Below, one piece after another: positions 45,277 to 54,992 of a stretch of DNA of 64,000 bases. How positions within the stretch are numbered: the stretch's first letter is position 1; each line of letters begins with the position of its first letter. The DNA comes from Clostridium sp. CAG:1000 (GTDB taxonomy: Bacteria > Bacillota_I > Bacilli_A > RF39 > UBA660). The translations under genes were made by a program, and so were the position numbers. The stretch is taken from positions 20,796 through 84,795 of the forward strand of contig HG000339.1 in assembly GCA_000436975.1 (NCBI GenBank). Direction: 5' to 3'. Below the pieces are notes generated by a model. The model worked only from the letters and a program-made list of their open reading frames with translations, ran no database searches and was not told the DNA's origin.

Positions 45277-47763
45277 CTACTTACCACAACATTGTTTGTA
45301 TTTTTTCCCTGAGCCGCAAGGGCATAAGTCATTTCTACCTACTTTTTTATCAGCTTTTTTAGGTTTACTCTTAACACCCTCTTTGACATCATTAGTTTTA
45401 ATATTTTTAACTTCTTCTCTTTCTATATTTTGTCTAACTTCAGCATTAAGCAAGAAATTTGATATTTCAGCAGAAATATTAGCCATCATGTTATCAAATA
45501 AATCAAAGCCTTCTAATGCATAAACCTGAAGTGGATTACTTTGTGCATAACCACGAAGTCCAACGCCCTCTTTTAACGCTTCCATTGCATCTAATTGATC
45601 CATCCAATTCTTATCTATACATCTAAGTGATATTGATTTTTCAAAATCATCTTGAATATCTTTAGGCACATCTTCAAGTTTTTTACTATAGTCATCTACT
45701 ACTATTTCATATATGAAATCTATTAATTCGTTAATATCTTTATTAAAATCTTCTTTCTTTAGTTTTCTTTTCTTTAAATATCTAGCATTAAATAATTCTA
45801 TTAAATTATCAACATCATTACTAGTTAATTCACCATCAGTTAAATGACTGTGTACTTGATTAGAAACAAATTCTTTAAATGTATCTAAAACTCTATCTCT
45901 TATACTATCATTATCTAATATTTCATTTCTTCTATTATAAATAATTTCTCTTTGTTTACTAATAACATTATCAAAATCTAATAATCCTTTTCTCCTATCA
46001 AAGTTAAACCCTTCTACTTTCTTTTGAGCTGCTTCAATATTTTTAGAAATCATTTTATTTGAAATTGCTTGATCATCTTTGATACCTAATGTTTCCATCA
46101 CTGCTTTCATCTTTTCAGAACCAAACTTAATCATCAAGTCATCTTCCATTGATACGAAGAATCTTGTAGTACCCGGGTCTCCTTGACGTCCGGCACGTCC
46201 CCTTAATTGATTATCAATTCTTCTTGAATCGTGCCTTTCTGTACCAAGCACATACAAACCACCTAATTCACGCACACCTTCACCTAATTTAATATCAGTA
46301 CCACGTCCAGCCATATTTGTTGCTATAGTAACAGCATTCTTTTTACCAGCATTTTCTATGATATGTGCTTCTCTTTCATGATTCTTAGCATTTAATAATT
46401 CATGCTTAACGCCTGCTTTAGTTAATAATTGACTAACAAGTTCACTTGTTTCTACAGATGCAACACCAACAAGAACAGGTCTTCCAGTCTTATGTATTTC
46501 TTTTACAGTTTTAACAACTGCATTAAATTTGCCCTTAAGTGATGAATATATTAAATCTACTTGATCATCACGAATAACTGGTTTATTCGTTGGAATGCAT
46601 ACTACATTTGTATTATAAATATTTTGAAACTCTTCTTCCTCAGTTTTAGCAGTACCAGTCATACCACTTAACTTATTATACATTCTGAATAAATTTTGGA
46701 ATGTTATTGTTGCTAAAGTTTTAGTTTCTTCGTTAATAGTAACTCCTTCTTTAGCTTCTAATGCTTGATGTAAACCTTCACTAAATTGTCTGCCATGCAT
46801 TAATCTTCCTGTAAATGTATCAACAATAATAACTTTATCATTCTCAATTACGTAGTCAACATCTTTCTTAAATGCGTAATTAGCAGTTAATGCCTTATCT
46901 AAATTATGTACCATAACACTATTACTAATGTCATATAAATTATCCAAATGTAACATCTTTTCACAGTTTTTAACACCTTCTTCAGTAAGTGTTACTTTTT
47001 TAGTTTTTTCATCAACTACATAATCATCTATTTTAAGATTTTTAGCAACTCTATCTGCTTCTTTATATATATTAGCTGATTTAGCAGAACCACCTGATAT
47101 TATTAGCGGCGTTCTAGCCTCATCTATTAATATTGAGTCAACTTCATCAATAATAGCAAAATTCAATCCTCTTTGAGTTCTATTCTCTTTATGAACAACC
47201 ATATTATCTCTTAGATAATCAAAACCAAGTTCGTTATTTGTTGTATATGTTATATCAGCTTCATATGCTTCTTTTTTCTCTTTTGGAGATTTATCTCTTG
47301 TGTTAATACCAACACTAACTCCTAACAAGTCGTAAATTGGTCCCATCCATTGTGCATTACGTGTTGATAAGTATTCATTTGTTGTAATTACATGTACACC
47401 CTTGCCACTTAATGCATTTAAATAAGCAGGTAATACTGTTGTTAATGTTTTACCCTCACCAGTCTTCATTTCAGCAATATTTCCCCTGTGAATAGCAAGA
47501 CCACCTATCAATTGTACTCTAAATGGTTTTTCTCCTATTGCTCTAAAACATGCCTCTCGCGCTAATGCAAATGCTTCAACAGCTATATCATCAAGTTTCT
47601 CACCATCTTCAAGCCTTTTTTTAAATTCTTCTGTCTTAGCTTTAAATTCAATATCCTTTATACTTTGCATTTTCTCGTCTAAAGCTTCTATTTCATCAAC
47701 TATTTTATCTATCTTTTTTAATTCTTTCGTTTCATAATCAAATAAGTTTTTTAATAATCCCAT
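45277..47763 (-). CDS. secA: preprotein translocase ATPase SecA
   Basis: 828 aa with DEAD-like motor motifs (MKTGEGKTL, DEVDSILIDEARTPLIISG) and the C-terminal zinc finger CPCGSGKKYKQCCGK. Confidence 0.97.
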   Translation of the reverse strand: MGLLKNLFDYETKELKKIDKIVDEIEALDEKMQSIKDIEFKAKTEEFKKRLEDGEKLDDIAVEAFALAREACFRAIGEKPFRVQLIGGLAIHRGNIAEMKTGEGKTLTTVLPAYLNALSGKGVHVITTNEYLSTRNAQWMGPIYDLLGVSVGINTRDKSPKEKKEAYEADITYTTNNELGFDYLRDNMVVHKENRTQRGLNFAIIDEVDSILIDEARTPLIISGGSAKSANIYKEADRVAKNLKIDDYVVDEKTKKVTLTEEGVKNCEKMLHLDNLYDISNSVMVHNLDKALTANYAFKKDVDYVIENDKVIIVDTFTGRLMHGRQFSEGLHQALEAKEGVTINEETKTLATITFQNLFRMYNKLSGMTGTAKTEEEEFQNIYNTNVVCIPTNKPVIRDDQVDLIYSSLKGKFNAVVKTVKEIHKTGRPVLVGVASVETSELVSQLLTKAGVKHELLNAKNHEREAHIIENAGKKNAVTIATNMAGRGTDIKLGEGVRELGGLYVLGTERHDSRRIDNQLRGRAGRQGDPGTTRFFVSMEDDLMIKFGSEKMKAVMETLGIKDDQAISNKMISKNIEAAQKKVEGFNFDRRKGLLDFDNVISKQREIIYNRRNEILDNDSIRDRVLDTFKEFVSNQVHSHLTDGELTSNDVDNLIELFNARYLKKRKLKKEDFNKDINELIDFIYEIVVDDYSKKLEDVPKDIQDDFEKSISLRCIDKNWMDQLDAMEALKEGVGLRGYAQSNPLQVYALEGFDLFDNMMANISAEISNFLLNAEVRQNIEREEVKNIKTNDVKEGVKSKPKKADKKVGRNDLCPCGSGKKYKQCCGK

Positions 47764-47837
47764 GTTAATATCATCTCCACATGTTTAATTATAGCAAATA
47801 AAAAAAGAAAAGTGAAATATTTTCACCTTTCTATCAC

Positions 47838-48359
47838 TTAATTAGCCTCTATTAATCCATAATCAGAGTCACTTCTTTTATAAACAACATTTATTTTTCC
47901 AGTCTCTACATTCTTAAAAACAAAGAATGAATGTCCAAGAAGTTCCATTTGTGTAATTGCCTCTTCTTCATCTATAGGTTTTAAGTAAACCACTTTTCTT
48001 CTAACAATTTTTTGTTCTTCTTCTTCTAATAACTCATCTATTTCAGAAATATATTCTTCTTTAGCTCTTTTAATATTTAATTTACCTCTATATTTTTTAA
48101 ATTGTCTTTCTAATTTATCTATAACTAAATCTATTGCAGAATATAAATCAGGATTTACTACTTCTGCTCTTATATTATATTTTCCACTCCATATAGTAAT
48201 CTCAACTTTTTGATTATGTCCTTTAGCAGAAACTATTGCCTTAGCCTCTACCTCATCATTATCATCAAGATACTTTTCCAGTTTAGAAACCTTATTTTTA
48301 ATGTAATCACTTATAGCTTCTGTAACATCAATTTTGTTACCTCTAATGTTATATTTCAT
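47838..48359 (-). CDS. hpf: ribosome hibernation-promoting factor (long HPF)
   Basis: 173 aa starting MKYNIRGNKIDVTEAISDYI, with a C-terminal dimerisation domain. Confidence 0.9.
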   Translation of the reverse strand: MKYNIRGNKIDVTEAISDYIKNKVSKLEKYLDDNDEVEAKAIVSAKGHNQKVEITIWSGKYNIRAEVVNPDLYSAIDLVIDKLERQFKKYRGKLNIKRAKEEYISEIDELLEEEEQKIVRRKVVYLKPIDEEEAITQMELLGHSFFVFKNVETGKINVVYKRSDSDYGLIEAN

Positions 48360-48465
48360 AATTATTCCTCCTATAAATAGGATAACATAAAGTCAATACT
48401 ATTTCTATAAATTAAACAAAATTACACAAAAATTTTACAAAAAAACACACCTCAGTGTGCTTTTC

Positions 48466-48687
48466 CTATACTACTGTTAAGTTAACTTCTTTAACATTAA
48501 TAGCTTGGTTTCCTTTAGCAGTTTCTACTAATGTAAACTCAACTAAGTCACCTTCTTTTAATGATTTGTAGCCTTTTTGATCAATTGCAGAATAATGAAC
48601 GAAGATATCTTCATTTACTAAACCTTCATACTCAATAAACCCATATCCTTTATCATTATTGAACCATTTAACGCGACCTCTACTCAC
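48466..48687 (-). CDS. cold-shock domain protein
   Basis: 73 aa with [15 protein letters not shown] (RNP-1). GTG start behind GGAAGGTG. Confidence 0.9.
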   Translation of the reverse strand: MSRGRVKWFNNDKGYGFIEYEGLVNEDIFVHYSAIDQKGYKSLKEGDLVEFTLVETAKGNQAINVKEVNLTVV

Positions 48688-48931
48688 TTTAACACCTTCC
48701 CTTCATAAAATAATGGTACTACTTACAACTGCTGCCGGCATAACTAATGTTATCAAATAATACACTTTTTTTACTTATTTTGTTATTAAAGGTTAAAATA
48801 TTGTCGCGAAACAGTTTTAAAAATTTATTTTTATTTTAAACAATACTTTTAAACAAAAAAAGTAGTCTTTCATGCAAGCATAAAAAAAAATCAGTTTTTT
48901 TATATTATGATAAACACGAAAGGAAGAAGTA

Positions 48932-49552
48932 ATGAAAGAAGTTATAATTAACAAAGCAATCAATAATGTACAAAAATATAATAATTACTCTAATACAAAG
49001 ATAAAAGAAATTAAATATGGTCTTGAATCAATATATTTAACTACATTTAAAATAATAGTAATTATGCTCATAAATACATTGATTGGAACAATAAAAGAAT
49101 TATTACTAATATTTTTATTTTATGGACTGCTCAGACTAATGGGGTTCGGACTTCATGCTAAAAAGTCATCGCACTGTTGGATATCATCATTACTTATGTT
49201 TGTTATTCTTCCGAATATAGCAAAGAAACTTTTGGTGCCTAAAACGATCCAAATAGTTTTATCATTAATAGGGCTAATATTTCTATCAATATATGCTCCT
49301 GCTGATACAAAAAAAAGACCTTTGATAAACAAAACAAAAAGAATCAAATATAAAGTGTTAACTATATTAATAACAATATCATATATTTTATACATAATAT
49401 TTACTAAGAATGTGTATATTAATAACATTTTAACAATCTCTATATTAATACAAACATTCTTAGTACTTCCTCTCTCATATAAGCTGTTTGGCTTAGAATA
49501 TAATAATTATAAAAATTATAAGAAAGGAGGACATTATGAAGTTAATAGCTAA
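48932..49552 (+). CDS. agrB: accessory gene regulator protein B (AgrB-type peptidase)
   Basis: 206 aa, multi-TM, with the conserved RLMGFGLHAKK region (GG/FG-xHA). Immediately followed by an AgrD-like ORF. Confidence 0.8.
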   Translation: MKEVIINKAINNVQKYNNYSNTKIKEIKYGLESIYLTTFKIIVIMLINTLIGTIKELLLIFLFYGLLRLMGFGLHAKKSSHCWISSLLMFVILPNIAKKLLVPKTIQIVLSLIGLIFLSIYAPADTKKRPLINKTKRIKYKVLTILITISYILYIIFTKNVYINNILTISILIQTFLVLPLSYKLFGLEYNNYKNYKKGGHYEVNS

Positions 49553-49652
49553 AATCACAGCTTTTCTTGGAGCATTAGTTGCAGCTACAGCTACTACAGG
49601 TTGTATAACAATTATATTAGATGAACCAGAAATGCCAGAAACATTATTATAA
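49536..49652 (+). CDS. agrD: AgrD-type autoinducing peptide precursor (38 aa)
   Basis: Not in ORF track. AGGAGG RBS, then MKLIAKITAFLGALVAATATTGCITIILDEPEMPETLL: amphipathic leader, single Cys, acidic DEPEMPE tail. Confidence 0.7.
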   Translation: MKLIAKITAFLGALVAATATTGCITIILDEPEMPETLL

Positions 49653-49688
49653 TAAAAACTTAAATAGTAACTACCCAAAAAAACAAAA

Positions 49689-49710
49689 AAATACTAGTAC
49701 CACCTAGTAT
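49689..49710. terminator. bidirectional terminator between agrD and the kinase gene
   Basis: AATACTAGTACCACCTAGTATT flanked by A-runs and T-runs. Confidence 0.6.
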
Positions 49711-49740
49711 TTTTTACTTATAAAAGGGTATTTACTACTG

Positions 49741-51054
49741 TCACTTCTCTTTTACATTAACAATTATTTCACTTACAAATCTATCGCCATGTATTTTTTG
49801 TACTAAGTTTACATTATTATTTTCCTTAACTATTTTATTTGCTAAAAACAATCCAAGACCGCGTCCGTTTCCTTTAGTAGAATAATATCTATTATGTAAC
49901 TTTTTAATATTTACTTTGTCTTTAAATGAGTTTTCCACTATTATATTTAACGTACCATCTAGTGCAGAAATATCTATTAAAACACTCTTTTCCTCACTTT
50001 CACAGGCAGCTTCATTAGCATTATCTAGAAGAATACTAAGTATTTTACACACAGAATTATAATCTTTGCCTTTTAATTCTTCAATTATTGGAGAAGCAGT
50101 ATTAGATATACGAGCCATTACATCAATATCAAGCTTTTTCATATTGTCAATTTTATAATATAGTATTCCTTTTAATCCGGTAGGTAATGTTCCTATATTT
50201 TTAATTGTTTCTTTACCGTTCTTTTCATATAAACAAATTATATCCTTCATTGATACATCAAAATCAATAGAATTCTTATCTTTTATACTCTTTAACAATA
50301 ACAAATTATTCAATGTTTCATGTCTATTCATTCTTTCTTCATCAATGATTTGTTCATATTTAGTCATATATTTTAATAAAGTTTCTGTTTTATTACTTTC
50401 TCTTTTAGCTTTTATATTATTTTTAACTGACATATACATCAATCCAGTAAAAATAAGTATTAATGCTATATTAGCTAAATAAGTTGATTTACTAAAGGAA
50501 TATTGATACTTGGATACAAGAATAATCACAGTAGCAGCAGTAAATATTAAAAATATACTTACTACTTTATCTTTATTTGATTCAGCTATAACTCTGTTTA
50601 ATAATTCATTACATTTTTTATTTCTTATTATTAGTATAGTTATTGAAAGCTCTAATATAGAAAATACCATTTTTAATATTATGCTTTCATTAAACTCTGA
50701 TACACTTGTAACATTTAACAAAATAGCAGCAACAGATAATATTATTTCAACTAGAACTGCTATTCCGTAACAAATAGTACATTTAACCAGTGTATCTTTA
50801 AAAGAGTCTCTAAATAACATCTTATACATTATAGTTAACATTGCTATACTAATTATTATTTTTGTTATTCCGATATTAATTAAATAATTATTAACAATAA
50901 ATAAAAACCCAAATACAAAAAATATAAGTAAAATTTTAATGTCTATTTTAAATTCTTTATCACTAAGTTCTTTATAACAAACTGCATGTAACCATATTGC
51001 TAAAACCGAAGTTATACTTAAAATTGCATTGCTACTCGGAAACATATTCGTCAA
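49741..51054 (-). CDS. agrC: AgrC-like membrane histidine kinase (HPK10/GHKL)
   Basis: 437 aa with about 6 N-terminal TM helices and C-terminal ATPase motifs (NANEA.., YSTKGNGRGLGLFLA). Confidence 0.75.
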   Translation of the reverse strand: MTNMFPSSNAILSITSVLAIWLHAVCYKELSDKEFKIDIKILLIFFVFGFLFIVNNYLINIGITKIIISIAMLTIMYKMLFRDSFKDTLVKCTICYGIAVLVEIILSVAAILLNVTSVSEFNESIILKMVFSILELSITILIIRNKKCNELLNRVIAESNKDKVVSIFLIFTAATVIILVSKYQYSFSKSTYLANIALILIFTGLMYMSVKNNIKAKRESNKTETLLKYMTKYEQIIDEERMNRHETLNNLLLLKSIKDKNSIDFDVSMKDIICLYEKNGKETIKNIGTLPTGLKGILYYKIDNMKKLDIDVMARISNTASPIIEELKGKDYNSVCKILSILLDNANEAACESEEKSVLIDISALDGTLNIIVENSFKDKVNIKKLHNRYYSTKGNGRGLGLFLANKIVKENNNVNLVQKIHGDRFVSEIIVNVKEK

Positions 51055-51748
51055 ACTCCTTTTTATGTTTTTTAGAAATCAAGTATCCAGAATTACCATC
51101 TCTAAAGTATACGATGCATTTATTCCAATCGATTTTAAAAATGTTTTTTTTATTTATTAATGTACCCTTTAAAGAAAGTGCAAAATATCCTGGTAATTCT
51201 TTTTTAATATCATTTATAGAAATATTTTGATATAACTCTCCTGTTCTGGTTACTATCTTTGTTCTTCGATCATCTCTTTGAATATAGTCAATATCTAAAT
51301 ATGGAATTTTGTAACCAATATTCTTATATGTGAATTTGTAACTTCCCATTTGATCTAATATTCTCATACATATATCAAAATTAATTTTTAAAATTGAATC
51401 AAAGTCTTCACTTTTACATACAAAGTCTAATAGTTGTAATCTTTCTTTGTAACTCTTGTAATATGCGCCACCGTGTGCAGTCAAAATAATAATTGGGCTT
51501 ACCCAATCATTATTTTTATTTCTTACTCTAGTTGCTACATCTATACCATCATGGCTTGGTAATTCAAGATCTAATATATAAATTGAGTTTTTAATATTTT
51601 TATCTATGTAATCATTAATTTTATCATCAATATCATTAAATTCATAAATTTTAAAATCAACATTATTATCCATCATATAAGTACATATAATGTTGTAAAC
51701 TCTTTTTCTGTGCATTATATTATCATCTATAATTACAAAATTAACCAT
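51032..51748 (-). CDS. agrA: LytTR-family response regulator (AgrA-like)
   Basis: 238 aa with a receiver domain (IIDD .. ILDLELP) and a C-terminal LytTR DNA-binding domain. Confidence 0.85.
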   Translation of the reverse strand: MVNFVIIDDNIMHRKRVYNIICTYMMDNNVDFKIYEFNDIDDKINDYIDKNIKNSIYILDLELPSHDGIDVATRVRNKNNDWVSPIIILTAHGGAYYKSYKERLQLLDFVCKSEDFDSILKINFDICMRILDQMGSYKFTYKNIGYKIPYLDIDYIQRDDRRTKIVTRTGELYQNISINDIKKELPGYFALSLKGTLINKKNIFKIDWNKCIVYFRDGNSGYLISKKHKKEFDEYVSE

Positions 51749-51870
51749 AAGTTACTCCTTTAAGTTACTGCTTACCATACATATTTAATGATACTACTTT
51801 TCGTATGCTTTTTCAATTAAAAAACCATTATTTATAAATAATTTCAAAAAAAAATAAACACTTACAGTGC

Positions 51871-52503
51871 TTACTCAAAATCACTAACTGACATAGTATA
51901 TAAATTTTCAGGATCTATAGAATTTCCTTTATAATATACTTCAAAATGTAGCATATTTTTATCTGAGGACTCAAGAGAAGATTTATTACTTACTCCTAGT
52001 ATTTCACCTTGAGATATTTTATATCCTACCTTTGCCGTTATGCTCTTTATATTACTATAAACAGATGTTAAATTCTCATTATGTTTAATCGTTACAACTT
52101 TTCCATACACATCATTATCTTCTATACTAATTATTTCTCCTGCTAATACAGATACTACATCAAACTCATCACTACATACATAATCTACTCCATTATTTTG
52201 CATATAGGTGTTTTCATATACAATTAATGAACTTTCTTGTTTTTTAGCCTCCGATTTATAATCATAAAATGTTCTACCAACTTTTACCTTGTCCGAAGTA
52301 AACGGTTTGATTATTGTATTAGACTCCGTTTTATTAACAGGTTCAACAATGTCTTCAAATACTGAATCTAATGTAAATTTAGTTTTATTACTGTCTTCCA
52401 CATAATTTTTAATGCCTGTAATAACTAATAATATACAAGCTACCATAACGCCAATTATACCAATATAGAAAATTGGCAATAAAACTTTATAATATTTTCC
52501 CAT
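51871..52503 (-). CDS. membrane-anchored M23/LytM-domain protein (SpoIIQ-like)
   Basis: 210 aa with an N-terminal TM helix and a C-terminal LytM fold (HFEVYYKGNSIDP). Adjacent to spoIID. Confidence 0.55.
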   Translation of the reverse strand: MGKYYKVLLPIFYIGIIGVMVACILLVITGIKNYVEDSNKTKFTLDSVFEDIVEPVNKTESNTIIKPFTSDKVKVGRTFYDYKSEAKKQESSLIVYENTYMQNNGVDYVCSDEFDVVSVLAGEIISIEDNDVYGKVVTIKHNENLTSVYSNIKSITAKVGYKISQGEILGVSNKSSLESSDKNMLHFEVYYKGNSIDPENLYTMSVSDFE

Positions 52504-52540
52504 AATTCACTCTCCTACTATTAGAATGAACTATTTTGTA

Positions 52541-53470
52541 TTATTTATTCATCATTTTTACACCAGTGTAATAATGATTAATTATGTCTGTATAATTATA
52601 GCCTTTTTGTGCCATGCCATTAGCCCCATACTGACTCATCCCAACGCCATGACCATATCCTTTTGTATGTATAATAACCTTATTATCCTTATTATTTATC
52701 GTAAAATCCGTAGACCTCAAAGACAAAAGTGATCTTATTTTTGTGCCCTTGTATTTATTATCATTAATATAAATATAATTCACCCTTCCATGTGAACATT
52801 TTTCAAACTTAATGCTTTCTATTTTTTTATCACTAATACCTAATTTTCTTAAAAAATCATCTTCTGTCATTTCAATACTCTTTTCTTTATATGAATATTG
52901 TTTATCCCATAGAGAATCAACTGATTTTAGATATGATAATTTTTTAACAAATACGTCTTCTGAATTTTCTGTGTACCCATTTGATATAGAAAAATATGCG
53001 GCATAAATTGGTTTATCGTTATATGATATATATTCCCCCTTCGTTTCATTAACTGCCAGTGATATTCTTTTATAATTACTCTCAAACTTATCTTTCCATC
53101 TAGATTTCAGTTTTTCTAAACTAGAATAACATTGATCAGAAGTAGTACTTGATAGAACATATTCACTATTAGTATCTAATTTATATAAAGCATAAGTTCT
53201 AGCTGCAACAGCCATTGCTTTTAATGCCTCAATTTCAAAAGAAGCTGGCATCTCACATGAAACCACACCAATTACATAATCTTCTAGGTCTAGCTTTTTA
53301 TTTTCATTTTGATGATTAACCATCACAGTAATAGAATCTCTTTCTTCTGGCTGTCCATGTTTTATTGCTTCACTTACTAATTTGTTATCAAAAGTGTGTT
53401 TATCATTTTGTTTATAACTACATAACATGATTATAAACATAATAAAAAATACTATGAATTTGTTCTTCAT
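52541..53470 (-). CDS. spoIID: stage II sporulation protein D (SpoIID/LytB lytic transglycosylase)
   Basis: 309 aa with C-terminal GYGHGVGMSQYGANGMA. Confidence 0.85.
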   Translation of the reverse strand: MKNKFIVFFIMFIIMLCSYKQNDKHTFDNKLVSEAIKHGQPEERDSITVMVNHQNENKKLDLEDYVIGVVSCEMPASFEIEALKAMAVAARTYALYKLDTNSEYVLSSTTSDQCYSSLEKLKSRWKDKFESNYKRISLAVNETKGEYISYNDKPIYAAYFSISNGYTENSEDVFVKKLSYLKSVDSLWDKQYSYKEKSIEMTEDDFLRKLGISDKKIESIKFEKCSHGRVNYIYINDNKYKGTKIRSLLSLRSTDFTINNKDNKVIIHTKGYGHGVGMSQYGANGMAQKGYNYTDIINHYYTGVKMMNK

Positions 53471-53492
53471 AGTATATTATATTCACAAAATA

Positions 53493-53903
53493 TTAATTTA
53501 GACCATTTAATATTTTATCTTTTTCTTTTTCGTATTCTTCTTTAGTTAAAACTTTATCATCATATAATTTTTTTAATTTTTCTAAACTTTCATATTTATT
53601 ATTATCAATGTTAGTATAATTTGTTTCATTACATTGACTTGCATTAAATAAATTATTAGTAACAACAAATACAAGGCCTAAAATTCCTGATATTTGATTG
53701 ATGAATAAAAATACGATTGTCCAAATAATTATAGCGTCTTTATGAGTCATTAATTCTTCGTCTGAAAGACTAGAATAATCTTTAAATTTTACTCCGCCTA
53801 TTATTAAAGGAATACCAACAATTGCTCCAAAGATTGTTAAGCAGCAAAGGATACCAATAACAATAGAAATAATTCCTGATATTTTTAACAATGATTTATC
53901 CAT
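53493..53903 (-). CDS. membrane protein with C-terminal SHOCT domain
   Basis: 136 aa with TM helices, then LEKLKKLYDDKVLTKEEYEKEKDKIL. Confidence 0.55.
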   Translation of the reverse strand: MDKSLLKISGIISIVIGILCCLTIFGAIVGIPLIIGGVKFKDYSSLSDEELMTHKDAIIIWTIVFLFINQISGILGLVFVVTNNLFNASQCNETNYTNIDNNKYESLEKLKKLYDDKVLTKEEYEKEKDKILNGLN

Positions 53904-54333
53904 TTTGTTCCACCTCCCTAATCTCTTCTACTCTTCTAATATGTCTTTCTTCATTTGAATATTTAGTATCAATAAATGTATCTAAAACTTCATCAAGATT
54001 GCTTATTTTTTCCGAAAGAGCCATCACATTTGACATGTTATGTTCCTTAGTTAATTTTGCTTCTTCTACTGTATTTACTTTACCACAACGAATACCATCA
54101 AATTTATTAGCAACTATACTCATGCCAATTCCTGTACCACATATTAAGATGCCCAAATCACATTCCTTGTTAAGAATTGCATTACATACTATTTTAGCAT
54201 ACTTAATATAATCAACATTATCTTTAGTATTTGTCCCATAATCAATATAATCTATATTTCTTTTCTTTAAGTGTTCAATTATTCTTTTTTTAACATCAAC
54301 TCCATGATGATCATTTCCAATTCCTATTGTCAC
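53896..54333 (-). CDS. rpiB: ribose-5-phosphate isomerase B
   Basis: 145 aa with IGIGNDHHG and ILICGTGIGMSIVANK. Confidence 0.85.
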   Translation of the reverse strand: MTIGIGNDHHGVDVKKRIIEHLKKRNIDYIDYGTNTKDNVDYIKYAKIVCNAILNKECDLGILICGTGIGMSIVANKFDGIRCGKVNTVEEAKLTKEHNMSNVMALSEKISNLDEVLDTFIDTKYSNEERHIRRVEEIREVEQNG

Positions 54334-54992
54334 AAATTTTCCTTCTTTCTATTATTAGATTTTTCAATTACTTTAGCTTCTTTTATTGTTTCACTACTAT
54401 TATTTACATAAACAACTTTTGTATTTGCAAGAAGATCATGTAGTCCTCTACCATCGTTCTTAAACATAATCATAATTATCGAAGCTGAAACTAATGTTGC
54501 ATCTATCATATTAATATATTTGCTTGTTGAAATATATAATCCTTTACTTGCAAAACTTATTAAACATATAAGTATTACTGATGTTAGTACACTATTTATT
54601 ATTAACATTCTAATTATAACCTGACTTAATTTTAATTTTTTGCCATCATTACTAACAACTTTTATTTTCATTAATTTTTTGCCAATAGTTTGTCCTTTAT
54701 TGTAATATTGAAATAATCCAAAATATAAAACCATTACGACAACATTTATTATTGATGTAGAAACACTATATTTATTTAAATCATACATAACATTTGTTGC
54801 TTGTTTTACAGTTTGACTATTATTAGTATTTTCACTCTCGGCAATTAAAGCTTTATAGCTTTCAAATGCTTGTTCATATTTTTCATAATTTGGATTTAAA
54901 GCTTCAATATTAGTAAACAGCCCTATTATAAAAACAACTATCATAAGATCAATTATATAAGCAAATGCTCTTTTCAATGTTGGCTTTTCCAT
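54330..54992 (-). CDS. RDD family membrane protein
   Basis: 220 aa with TM helices and the NDGRGLHDLLANT motif. Confidence 0.65.
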   Translation of the reverse strand: MEKPTLKRAFAYIIDLMIVVFIIGLFTNIEALNPNYEKYEQAFESYKALIAESENTNNSQTVKQATNVMYDLNKYSVSTSIINVVVMVLYFGLFQYYNKGQTIGKKLMKIKVVSNDGKKLKLSQVIIRMLIINSVLTSVILICLISFASKGLYISTSKYINMIDATLVSASIIMIMFKNDGRGLHDLLANTKVVYVNNSSETIKEAKVIEKSNNRKKENL

